A stretch of 64,000 nt of DNA from Adineta vaga (Eukaryota > Animalia > Rotifera): positions 9,672,001-9,736,000 of the forward strand of contig CP075495.1 of NCBI GenBank assembly GCA_021613535.1, given 5' to 3'. The notes beneath the pieces were generated by a model that was not told the origin of the DNA, did not search any database, and saw only the letters and a list, made by a program, of their open reading frames with translations. Below, one piece after another: positions 27,272 through 40,200 of the stretch; the first letter of the stretch is position 1; every line of letters starts with the position of its first letter. The position numbers and the translations under genes are program-made.

Positions 27272-28522
27272 TCAAACAAGTGTTTGAAAAGGTGAATATT
27301 CATTTCGTGGCATATTAGTTGTTACAGAAGTTGATGTTTCTGAATTATAATATGGATGTTCTAAAACATACGAATTATATTTCAAGTGTTTTCTTTTTTC
27401 ATTTACTACATATATTCTTTATGGTACATACTAGTTGTGATTCGATTTCTTGGTGGAAGTTGTGGGGGTTGACAACTATACTGTTGTTGTAATGGAATAC
27501 ATGTTGTAGGTATTGATTCTAAGAAACAAAGAAGATTAGATCAATGAGAAAAACAATAGTGATAAATTCTCACGATTCAAATGTTGTACACTTTGTTTAA
27601 CAGACATACGTTGTTGATGAGATGTATCTGTCACTGCCATACTTTCATTCCATTGTAAATAGCATGAGCGAGCGTCCATTAGTGATTCAAAACGGAAACG
27701 TATAAAACCTTGAATAGGTGCACGTGAACCTAATTCGAATTCAATCGTACTATCATCAACGAAACGCATTGTACGAATAGTTGATCGTGCAAATGTATAT
27801 TGTTTATCCTGATGTTGTTCAAGGACTAATTTATCGGCATCGAATACTAATACACATTCATTTGTTGATAATGATAAAATTTCTTGAGTTGCTAAATCAG
27901 CAAATCGTACATGATATTTACGAGCTAAAAGTTCACAAAGATCAAATGTTTCGTCAGTATTGTAATCAAAAATTTCTATGTTTACCATTGACAGATTCGT
28001 AGAGCATATTGACAGTAGTGTTATCATCTGAAGGCTTTTTATCTGTCAAACTGCATGCAGAATTGTAAACATCATCGAGAAGACTTTTCCATTGATTATA
28101 ATCATAGATTTCATCAAAACCAAGTCGATGTTTTCTTCCATCGATTTTAAGTATAATAATATCTTTCGGTTCTTTTCGACTAATTCTTCCATGTAGACAT
28201 GTTAAAGAATCGAGTCGTTCTAAATCAATGATTTTTCCATTTGGTTCATTAAGATTATTTTTTGAATGTAATTCAAGTTGATTTTGATGTTGACTATTAG
28301 CATCAATAAATGATGAAAATATACAATCATATTCAGTCCACTTATCCTTGATGATTTTTATAAAGTAACGATAAAAAGAAGAGAAAAGATTTCGATAATG
28401 AAAAATTTTAAAAGTCATTTTACCCATGTAAATGTTCCGTGTTTTGAATATTTTAGTTGACAACGTTGTCGAATATTTCGATGTGTTGATATCATACGAT
28501 TGTCGAAAGTGACGTCACTCAT
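27272..28522 (-). CDS. DOK/IRS-like adaptor: PH domain, IRS-type PTB domain, Tyr/Pro tail; 5 exons
   Basis: Exon 1 MSDVTF..KHGTFTW spliced to DKWTEYDC..HRLGFDEIYDYNQWKSLL (PH). Linker VNMLYES resembles the DOK ENxLY motif. PTB-like IRTMRFVDDSTIEFELGSRAPIQGFIRF. Tail has PPQLPPR, YYNS and ends QTLV*. Confidence 0.65.
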
Positions 28523-28645
28523 TTGAAAATTTCAAAAAGGTAAAAGAATGAAAATCTAACTCAAAACTTCTATTATAAAACTGAATGAAAAATGTCTATA
28601 AAACGATAAGCAAACGAAAGGTAAATATTATGGCATGCTGGATTT

Positions 28646-28674
28646 TATATATATATATATATATAGAGAGAGAG
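28646..28674. repeat. Compound (TA)n(GA)n microsatellite
   Basis: Direct reading of the sequence. Confidence 0.85.
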
Positions 28675-29161
28675 ACGATCATATATGTTTCTTATTTACC
28701 TGTATATACCATCTATGACAAAAAATCTTTTCGGGTTCTTTTTTTGTATTTATATATGAAATTTGTCTAAAATAAATAACTTCTAAGACGAATTAATTAT
28801 TTTAAATAATATTTTATTACTTTTGACGAAAATTTGTTTCTTATACATGCATCATTGAATTCTTTCATATCGTCGATATACGTTATGTATTCTTATTTTC
28901 TTTGATCAAATTCATATACATATACACCTACTTAAAATCAAGTTGATATAACTCATTCATTGAATATGAATTCAGGCAAATAAATACGTTCAATATTATT
29001 ATACAGATGATTAAATCAATAAGTGTAGATTGATATTATTGTTAGAAAGAAAAGAAAAACCTTGAAATGCAAGAATAACAAAAAAAAATTTCATTTTGAT
29101 ATACGATCGTTAACTTCGATATTTCGCGCCCTATTGTATAATCTATAAATATAAAGTGAAT

Positions 29162-30992
29162 ATGACAGGAAAAAAAACAATCAATTGTTTGTAGAACTTT
29201 TTTCATTGATATTCTTATCATTTTCGTCATGTATTCATCTGTCATTGAAAATTATAAATTTCTATTCGTACGAATATTCATTCATGTGTAATGGACAAGA
29301 ATTTTCAATAAGATCATCTTCATTTAATAAACAAACGAATTTACAAACTAATCGAATATTTATATCAACGAAATCGAATAGAATTTTTCAAAAGAAAACA
29401 ATCGATTCTGTAAGTAGAGTTTCTTCATATGTCGACACAAAGAAAATAACAACAATCACACAGTTGTTTTAATAGACGATTTATTATTTATGAAACAATC
29501 TCTATGTTCAGTAGTACCTCTCCTTAGATTGATCATATTCTATCAACATCAGAAAAAACTCTTCTTCATACAAAACGGATGCAATCATCAAATATTGCGT
29601 CATTATCCGGTAAACAGCAATTAGGAAATCAAGAATCAACAAATACCGTAAGTAGAATTAAAAATGATTTGACATTAAATTCTGTTTAAGGATTGCATTT
29701 TCGATCAAGTCTATTTCATCATATCATTTTTCTCAAGAACTTTTTCTTTTATGATTTAATCCGATGAAAAAATGCTTTTCTAATCTGACAGTACCGAAAA
29801 ATGACATTATTAATCATTTTAAAAGAAAAATTCTAACACTCATTTCTTTCCTTCTTCGGACAAGATTGAAAATTTGTTAATAAATTTTCGTTTATCGATA
29901 GTGTAAACTACACATTATGATTAATCCTGCTGATCATACATCTGTAAAAACATCAGCTTATCTTTTCTCTAACAAATATGATAAATAGCATTAAGTAAAT
30001 CATTAATACGATTCGTAGACATTGAATCATGAACAATATCTTTCATCATCATCATCATCGTCATCGTCATCGTCAGCAGCAGCAGTACGATTGAACAATG
30101 AACATCAGTCATTGTCGACATCAATTTTAACTAAGCATATCTTTCGTAATAGAAATCAAACTGTTACTCATTCTTCTCATCAACAAATTGAGCAACCATT
30201 GTTATCATCATCATCATCATCTTCTCTTCTTTCACAACTGATTCCAGATTCTATTATTAATGGCAAACAGGCAACAAATAGAATTTTTAATGAAAGAAAT
30301 TCGACACCTTATTCATACCTTTCAAAACGTATTATTTTAACACCTGTAATAATTCAAATTGAGAAATGAAGAGAAGAATGTTTTCTTGTGTTTTTATTAA
30401 GATATATTTTTCATCAAGAAAAACTTCTGAATTAAAAACTAATAATGAAGAAAAATCAATCAATCGTACTGGACAATACTATCAAATTGCGAGTCTTTTC
30501 ACTTCAACAAGCACATTTCTTATGCATCAAAATGAAGTTATTGCTCATGCAACTGCTTCTGACCCGTTTCTTTCAGACACTATTTTCATTATTATAATTG
30601 CAACTCTTACAATTCTTATTCTTCTCTTTTGTTTCGGTCTCTTTTGTCTTTGTCGTCGTACGACAAAACGTAATATATCGCCTTCATTCGATGGTGGTAC
30701 CTATTCAGGATTATATGGTCAATCATTTGTTGTACCAATGGATGATAATCAACAAGAATTTTCTCCCTATGAACATGATGTTTCTCCTTCGCCGATCAAT
30801 CATCCATCGGTGTTGAATGATCGAATAGTTTTGCCACAAACAGTTGCTTTACATCATACAGCTAAACAAAAAGCTCATATAAGTCAAAACAAATTGAAAA
30901 AGAAACGTGCTGGTTTTTGTTGTTGTAATTCCAATCGAACACCATCAACCGTTGTCAATACACAAACTCGAATAAAAAGAAATCAAATATAA
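29162..30992 (+). CDS. Uncharacterised single-pass membrane protein with Ser/Thr-rich ectodomain; start and internal exons uncertain
   Basis: Several open exons with GT-AG boundaries (e.g. 29528-29647) and poly-Ser tracts. Clear TM helix IFIIIIATLTILILLFCFGLFCLC followed by RR; tail with Tyr motifs and KKKRAGFCCC. Confidence 0.55.
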
Positions 30993-31188
30993 ATCATTTA
31001 ACGATTATGTACTTTTCTTTCCTATAAAAATCACGAGTAGAAGGGAAAAAAACTAATAAATCCAACTTTAGCCTTTTTTTCTTCTTCAAAGAATATTTAC
31101 TGTATGCGTTTAATTTTTAACTATCTGTGTTTTTCTTTTTCTTTTTTTTCTCTATTGTTTTGTCACATGTCAATCGATTTTGATTAAG

Positions 31189-31636
31189 CTATCTGACATA
31201 TGTGACCGTTAAACATCCGTTCGACCCCTTCTCATATTAAACGAGACAAAGAAGCAGAAAAAAACTCATATTTTACGCCAGACTTCTTTTCTCTCTTTTC
31301 ATCAAACAATAAGATGACCTTGTTCACTGTAAAAATGATGAGTACATATGTGTAACAGTAAAAATAAGTACCACTTGTTGTTGTAGTTGTACAAAGATCA
31401 TTTGTATTTTTTAATTCAAATAAATAAACAATCAAGAAAGAATTGCTCATAGTACGGTACATTTATTCTCTCTCTTTCTCGTTTTCCTTGAATTGATTGA
31501 CAATATATATGATAGGGGGTGAGGATGGTGGCCATCTGCTGGCTTCTCCTTACTTAGTTATTCGATTCTTTCTCTTTTCTCTTTGGTGCAAAATGTCAAT
31601 TGAGCGGTCACAAATATACAAGCTAATGTCAGATAG
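31189..31636. other. Nested inverted-complementary element (candidate structured RNA or enhancer)
   Basis: Four outer stems in correct nested order plus two crossing inner stems; coordinates given in the findings. Confidence 0.4.
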
Positions 31637-34201
31637 ATCCGTTCACAATCGATCATCACTCAGCATGCAACTTGGACCAAAAATCGATATATACATACAA
31701 GATCAGGTGTCTTTCTCTTATTTCTTCTGAAGAAAACTGCGTGATTCCTAAGGGAAATGACAAAAGTTGGAGACATTATCCTTTTTCCTGCTAACTCTCA
31801 CTCTTCGCTCACTCGCGCATACATTCACTCACACATGTTACTTTAATCAACGACATGCACGCATATAGCCTTGACCGAAAACAATCTTCACGGCATGTCG
31901 AATGATTTCTAACGATTGTCCACTGGTCATCATAAGCAATCACTTTATTCTAATCGACTTTTTTTTATCACGCTGTCTATTATCACATCACCTGCCCATC
32001 TATGTACATATGTCGGAAGAATTCCAACTGTGATATTAAATGTGTTGATCATCACCTATTGGAAAAATTTCTTTCACACAAACTAATAATAATAATAATA
32101 ATATTAGTTCCGACTAACAGAAGTATATAGAATGCATATACCTATGCGTAATCTCTGAATCGAGATGCACTTGTTCATTCATTGTAGCGCTTGTTCGCTC
32201 GTGCGCAAGTGCCTTGCGTAATCGTATCATCATCGAACCCAAATAAATATCCTTGATAATACAGGCACGCGCATAGGGTTCGTAAAACGAAGTTACAAAG
32301 GCGGTCGGATGTACACACCGTTGAGGATTATAAAGCAATACTTGCCAACTATCATCATACTAAAACTTATTACTATTACATCATAAACTTCCATATGTTA
32401 CTTCAACGGTAAACGTACGTATCTTATTCTTCTTTTTTTTCTCAGTCGCTCTTCTTTTACTATCATATCATGAAATTGACCCTCGACCGAGCAACTTCGC
32501 TCTCTCTCTCTCTCCCTTAGCGTACTTTTTTTCTGCTGATGGTGATGAGCGATAAAAGCGGAGAAGAAGAAGAAGAAGAAGAAAGAAGTGGTTAGTTGAG
32601 TGCTTATTTAGTTGTTCAATTGAGAAGCCCGTATTCTTAATGGAATTCGTCAAGAAGAATGAGACTAGTGAATGAAATTAAACGTGCACAAATTTTGTTT
32701 TGTTGTATTAGACTTTTGAATGAACTCGAAAAAAGAGTAAGAAAAGGTTTCATGAAACATGAATAAACAACAAAACGAAAGAAAATATTTTTTATTTTCA
32801 ATATTCAAATGAAATTCTGTTATAATTCAAATTACACAAATGGAAAAGGTGATACCATATCAACAAACGAATTTTTCTTCATTCAAACTATTTCTATAAG
32901 AGAAAATCTTTCACAGTACGCCGATATTGACTGTAAATATATGTCGAGATTTTCACACTAATTTAATCACTGAACAGGTGGTAAATATGACACATACGTT
33001 TTCTCCCTCAGAGATGTGTGTGACTAAAAAAAGAAATTATCTCACATCTTGTTCAACTTGTTTATATGTGATAGAAATAGATAAGACATGTTGTTAGATT
33101 TCGTTATCAATTATTCCTTATTCTTTGAGATATTCATATGCTTATGTATGTATGTATATATCATCTATTATACTAGTCAATCAATAAAACGCTTGTATTA
33201 CGAGAATATGTATATAGTATAAAAGAATCGTTGTGCTTGCATGCTTTTGTTTTATAGGTAAACAATACAAATAGCAGACGTAGAATTTCTCATGTTCAAT
33301 AGTGTCTGAACAATCGCGATTGAGAAGGAGAAGAAATACGAAACGATGGCGTGTGACGCGACAAACACATACCGATAAAGATGTCTCGTCCAGCCTCTGT
33401 TCAATGGATCAAGGTGACCCATCCAAATAGGACGAAGGTAGCAATTTGTTCGACACGCGTCTTATTAGATAGTGCATGCATCTATTACACGTAGACACAT
33501 GCAAACGACTAGTAATAAGATAGGAGATGCTCACGTCGACGCTCGTCCATCATCATCATAATCATTGGTCTATGCATGTCTGTTCTCAACAACAATCGAA
33601 CATCATGTGTCTGTTCAGCAATGTTCGCATGGATATACAAAAAGAAAACAGAAGAAGAAGAAGAAAAATCTTGATTTCGTGATTTGAAAAGAAGTTTATT
33701 CATCTCAATGCTGAGTTCTTTCATTTTTCGATTGAACTAGATGTTTGCCAAGATATGATTTGTGCTCCTAATTAGCTCATTGACACATACCCTAAGCATT
33801 TTTTTCTTTGTCGCTCTCCTTCTTTCGCTTTACTTGTTTCATACATTCCGACTAGAGAGAACGAGAGAGACAGAGTAGAAAAAAAGAAGAAAGAATAGAA
33901 GTTGAACAAAACGGGCGACGCTAGCGAACTAGTCGTCGATGTATTTTTTTTCCTCTTCGCTTCGTTCTCTCGCTCTCCCTCTCTCTTTCTCTGTCTTTCT
34001 TGCAAACGAACGATTGTCCAGTTCATCGCCGGTTTAATATACACACATCTTTTCCTTTCTTATTGGAATACATACGAATGTATTTATGTATATGTCATAA
34101 AAAATTTGCCAAATGACATTTGATTTTCGTTTTTTTACTCTTCGCATTTCAGATTTCTATTTGTTTAAAAACTTTTTGAATTCATTTTTATCTTCCTATG
34201 T

Positions 34202-37200
34202 ATGTCTTCATTACAAATCTCCATTCTTTGTATTTTATTGACAATTATATTTGCCGATAATAAAACACTTTATTTTACCGCATCAAATTATGAATTATGG
34301 TGTCAAGAAAATATTTTATCAAACTCATTCTTTCTCTATTCAAATCGAATACCAATTGGAATCTATCGAACATCGAATATTAAAGCCGTTAGTTATCATT
34401 TGATTGATGATAGTAATAATGGCTTATTCGAAGTAAAAAGCAAACGTTTAGCAGATTTTTATTTTCTTATTATCAATATAACACGACCATTCGATATTAA
34501 TCGAGAATATCAAGATGTTTATACACTACGTATTCAAGCAAATATTGTTACGACACAAGAAAATCAAAGTGAACAAACAGAAGTAAGAGTTTTATGTTAT
34601 CGAAGTTATAAAACTGCTCTCTCTCTCTTCTCTCGTCAATAGGTTCGTCTTCGTGTTGCTGACTCGAATGATAATGATGGCGTATTTGATATGGATGTCT
34701 ATGAACAAAATTTTACTCAATCAATTGAAAATGACCAACCAATTTTACGAATTCATGCAAGTGATGCAGATGAAATTCAACATGCTCAAATATTTTATGA
34801 ATTAGCATTACCATTAAATGAAACATTTTCTCTTCATCCCTTTACAGGTGATTTATATTTAAATATACGAGAAAATTTCCAACCGCACTATGAATTCGAT
34901 ATTTATGCATATGATCGTTATCAAAAACGTCTCGTCGATAATAATATAAAAACGAAAGCACGTGTTAAATTAAATTTCCATATTCCCGAAAAAACATCTC
35001 AAACAATTCAAACTATATTCAATGAAACAATTGAATATTATGAAATCATATCTTCTCATGAAATCAATATTTCCGAAAGGAAATCATATCATCGATTAAA
35101 TCTTCATCAACCAATCATAACAATTAATATAAAACCAAATGAGAATTTTTTCGAAATATTTCTTTTGAAAAATTCCTCGAGCAATGTCAAGAATTTATTT
35201 CTTGATAACAATCATTTTTATTTCAATAAATATTCAATTGAAGAATATAATCTTCAATTTTTCATTTGTTTTAATCGATATCAACGACAATGTCAATATG
35301 GAAATTATCATTTCATCCCACAAATTGATTTTAATGAATATAATTTTCATTTTAAAACTCTGAAAATAATTTCTCTTGACGAAAATTTACCTGTCGATTC
35401 ATTTATAACACAAATCGAACTTGAATATGAACATCTTTATGAAGATCAATCGTTATCGATTAATTATAAATTATTAAATGATGACAAATATCTTCAATTT
35501 TATCTCGATTCCAAAACAGGTATTTTACGTGTTGCTGAACGTTTAAAATATCAAAATTATACATTGGATATTCAAGCAAATATTCAATTATTCAATCGAC
35601 GATATTCAATTGAAACAAGTCTACAAATTCATATTCGAGAAATCAATAAATATCGACCTAATTTTCAAAATAACACACCAATTGAATTAGTACAATTACC
35701 ATATCAATTTCAAGCATGGGATATGGATGAAAATAAACAAACAAATGGACGAATAACATATCGTTTATTAAATTGTCCAAGATCTTGTCCATTTATATTG
35801 GATCCAAATAATGGAACATTAATGTTTGAAAACAAAAATTCATTTAATCGAGATAAAATTTATAATTTACAAATTCTCGTTTTTGATTGGGGTGAACCGA
35901 TTAGTTTAGAAAATCGAATTGATATACGTTTAGATCTTTCATCCAGAATAAATCGAAGAGATTTAGGACGAACAAGAGCATATTCAAGACGATGGAGAAA
36001 GAAAACAACATTAAATTTATTTACAACAACAATCAATACAATAGTTTCAGAACAAAAGTAAGTTGAAAAATCTCATTCTGATATTTTTTTCAAGTATCTG
36101 TTTATTAAAACAATATATACTTTTGAAATGCCCTCCAGTTACAAACTTCTTCTCTACATTAATTGAACTATGTTTTTAACCTACTTTGTTTTAGTCTTTC
36201 AACAACAAAGTTACCAATAAATACTGATACAGTTTATTTAAATATTGGTTTTCGAAAGAATATTAGTACATATTATCTTTCTGAAGATGCGAATATCAAT
36301 ACAATTATTGATCGATTAAATATTGAATCAAATTCATTTCCATTGAATATAAATGATGAGAAAGATAACTTGTTTTTCTATACAATCAATGATACGACAG
36401 TACCGTTTATTATCGATCAAAACACGAAACTATTGAAATTAATCAATCGAATTGATCGTGAAAAACAAGACCGGTATGTTTTTGAAATTGAATTAAAATT
36501 TAAATCGATCTATTCAATGAAATTATATGAACTTTATCATTGTCAAAAGAAAAATACTTCATTAATCAATTTCGACTATACAAAGATATTTTATCAAAAA
36601 ATCTTAATTATTATTCATATAACTGATGTTAATGATAATATACCAACATGTTCATTATTTCATACGAAGATTCATTTAAATGAAAATGAAATACACAAAA
36701 ATCTTATACAAATTCAAGCATATGATCCGGATTTAGGTAAGAAATCGGCGATTTTTTTTCTTCAATTGAACAGTATTTTGAGGGTTTTTTTTCTTTCTCT
36801 CGAATAGGTGAAAATGGAACAATTCATTATTCATTATTGAATTATAATCAATATTTTTCAATTCATTCATTAACAGGACAAATTGATTGTATAAAATCGA
36901 TTGATTTCGAAGAATATTCATCGATTGAGTTATATATCATTGCATCTGATCAAGGTTTTCCAATACAATTACAAACTATATGTACAACTATTCATATTCG
37001 AATAAATGATACAAATGATAATATTCCACAATTTTCATCAGATAATTACATGTTCGAACTTTTTTCTGATATGCCACGTTATTCAATTTTTGGACAAATC
37101 TATGCTACTGATTCTGATAAAAATAATCAATTGATCTATTCACTTAGTCCCAATCCATATGTAACAATTCATAAAAATACAGGTTATCTTCGTTTAAAAC

Positions 37201-40200
37201 ATCATTTACATCGTTTAATTGATCAAAAATTAAATGTAACAATTCAAGTATCCGATGGTTTACATAAGAATAAGACAACAATTAATATTTATGTTAAATC
37301 ATTTCCTGATGCACAAGAACCGATACTTTTACATGAACCTGCTTATGCATTAACTATAAATGAATCATTAGCTAAAGGTTCAGTAATAACAAATGTATAT
37401 CGTCGTTTACAATTGACTGCATCAACAATTGATTTCATTGAAATTATTCATGATCAAATGAAATTACCATTTTCGATCGATCAACAAGGTATGATAATGA
37501 TGACTTATTCGTTTCTTTCTTTCTTTCTTTCTTTCTGTTCTCAATCAAAAAAGGATTTAAGGAGTTTAATACATATTCAGACTTATGAAAGTGATTTTTG
37601 TAGACTAATAAGTCTCGTTTGTCAATTGTTTATTTTATTCTTTTCTTATTCGTATTATATTCTCATTTATTCTCTTAATCTTACATCATAACAATTCATA
37701 CATATATATTTGTCGTCTCAATATAATGAAACGACAATTAGAATGTCTGCATGCATACGCGTGACCAATGGTGGACATCATTATACAGTCAATTCTAATT
37801 TCCTTTTCTTTAATCCCTTGTGTTGATGCGCGTGGTGACCGATGTCGGTTTGATGCATGTCTGAATAGAGATTGCTGCTGCTGTTGTTGTTTTACATGTC
37901 ATCAATCGATTTATATTGTGAGAATAGCAGCTGCTTCTGTTTCTCACTCATTCATTTATTCTACTGAGTTGTTCTTCATCAGACACTAATTACCCATCGA
38001 ATTCATTTTCTAATCGATAGATGATAAGAAATAGTCATTATATACATGTTCGAAAGGAACACATGTTCATCAAAAAAAAGAAGAAGAAAAAAAACGTAGA
38101 CATTATTGAGGACATCTGTTCAATGGGGAGATCAATCTGTAAAATAGAAAAATCGCGCGAAAAAACAATATTATTTGAAAATAATAATTCAATTAATTCG
38201 GAATTGCTTTTTTAAAGAAAATATTTATTCGAGTTGATTAAATCGATTGAATGTCAAACGATTCAAATTACATTATCAATACATGATAATCTAGTGACTA
38301 TATATTACTAGACAATTTTGATTGATATGATCAGATGACGCTTGTTCGCATGAATAGAACTTATTGTTAAGCAAATAAGGTCATCCCATGATTGAAATGA
38401 CCGGAAAAGTTTTCTTTTTCTCTATCAATGACCTTTGAATAATCGACAAGACAAAGCGATGACATGCATATTTTCTCCCTTTTCTCATCATCCTAATTTC
38501 CTTTTTTAGTTCTACATAAATTTTGCAGTCTACTTGCTAAAATGCCAGCAACGCGAGATTAATATTGACAGTCAATGTACTGTCAAATTAGAAAAGAAAA
38601 GAACGGAAGTGTGTCTTCCGAAGGGAAAACAGTCATTTTCAATTATGAAATGAAAAAAGAAAAAAAGCTTTGTTACAATTTCTCAATTTAATTCGAACGA
38701 AAAGTTTTCTTTTTTCAATCACAGAATCGATATAACCATTTCTACTAAGATGATTGTTGATTAGAATCTAGCCGATAATCTTTACTCGAATGTTGAATTT
38801 GTTTTTAAGGTTATCTTCGTCTAACTCATTCATTAATCGGTCTATCAAAATCATCATATTGGCTTACAATACGTTTGACACGTTATCGTGCTCATCCACC
38901 ACATACATTTGTTCATATTCATCTATCAATTCGACAAGAGAACTTTTATCTTCCCCAATGTGTAGATATTTATCAAAATATCAAAGTCTATGATTATGCA
39001 AATCAACATCCATTTCATCGTGTTGAAGCGATATCATCCAATCGAAATTCTCTTGTTCAATATTCAATTGATGGAAATGAAAAACTATTTTCCATTGATC
39101 AACGAACTGGTTCACTTAGTTTAGTATCATCAAAGCAAAATTCTCGTCGATTGAAATCTGATTATCTCCTAACAATTAAAGCATTAGATACTCAATATAA
39201 ATTATCAGTGAATTGTTATGTAAATATACATTTGATTCGACGACGTCAATTAATACCAAAATTTTTCTCTGAACCAATCTATAATATTAATCTATTAGAA
39301 ATTGGATTAGAGAGTGGACGATTAAGACAACGTTTATTTCAAATTGTTGCTTTATTAGAAACGAAAGTTTATAATAAAAAACTTGAAATACGTTATCGAA
39401 TTGTTGATTCCAATCAACATTTTATTATCAATCGACAAACGGGATATATTGCAACGAAACAACCATTGAAAGCTTTTACAACATATGAATTTCATGTATG
39501 TTAGAATCAAAAGTTGTAGTTTGATATAAGAAAAATTTTTCTATTTTAGGTTGAAGCATTTACTGTTGCATATCGAAATGATATTCTATCGGATGGTAAT
39601 GATAATGAAGAAGATGAACCATCGAATCGTGGTAAATGGCGTATTGTATCATCTCGTGTTACATTACCAATCAAAATTCAAATTTTACCAATGATTTCTA
39701 TGAATAAATCTTTATTAGCAACAATTGATTCCACAATAAATATTGATCTATTAACAACGACAGAAGTTGGCTCAACAATTCTACATCTTGGAATGAATAA
39801 TCGTCTTAATACAACACAATGGTTCATTATGATTGGTGATATTCGTCATACACGATATTTTCATGTCGATTTTCAAACAGGTCAATTGATTCTCATTCGT
39901 CCTATTGATGAATTAATCAATCAAACAAATCTTATCGATCTTCGTATTAATGTTACTAATGATTGGATTAATATGAATACAATTAAAGTTCTTATTCGTA
40001 TTGTAAATAATCCAATGCCATCAATTGCATTTTCTCAACCAGATTATTATAGTTCCATCTCAAAGAATATTCCAATCGGTGCTGAAATTGCTCGTTTAAC
40101 AATTGAAAATTCTGCAAATGATTGTACATATTCTATAAATTCAGTTGAACGTATTAAATCCAAAGATTTATTTCATATTAATCCATCATCAGGTTCTATA

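Noticed and set aside
27926-28027. Overlap of ORFs 27536-28027 and 27966-28463 suggesting a frameshift
   Set aside because: A ~60 bp GTAAAC..TTTTAG intron joins the frames (YESVN-ARKYHV).
32259-32282. AGGCACGCG resembling miR-124
   Set aside because: Seed is incomplete (CAGGCAC, not TAAGGCAC), the 3' half does not match and there is no pre-miRNA-like hairpin.
32533-32566. TGATGAG..GAGAA resembling a hammerhead ribozyme core
   Set aside because: No exact CUGAnGA/GAAA pair with flanking stems.
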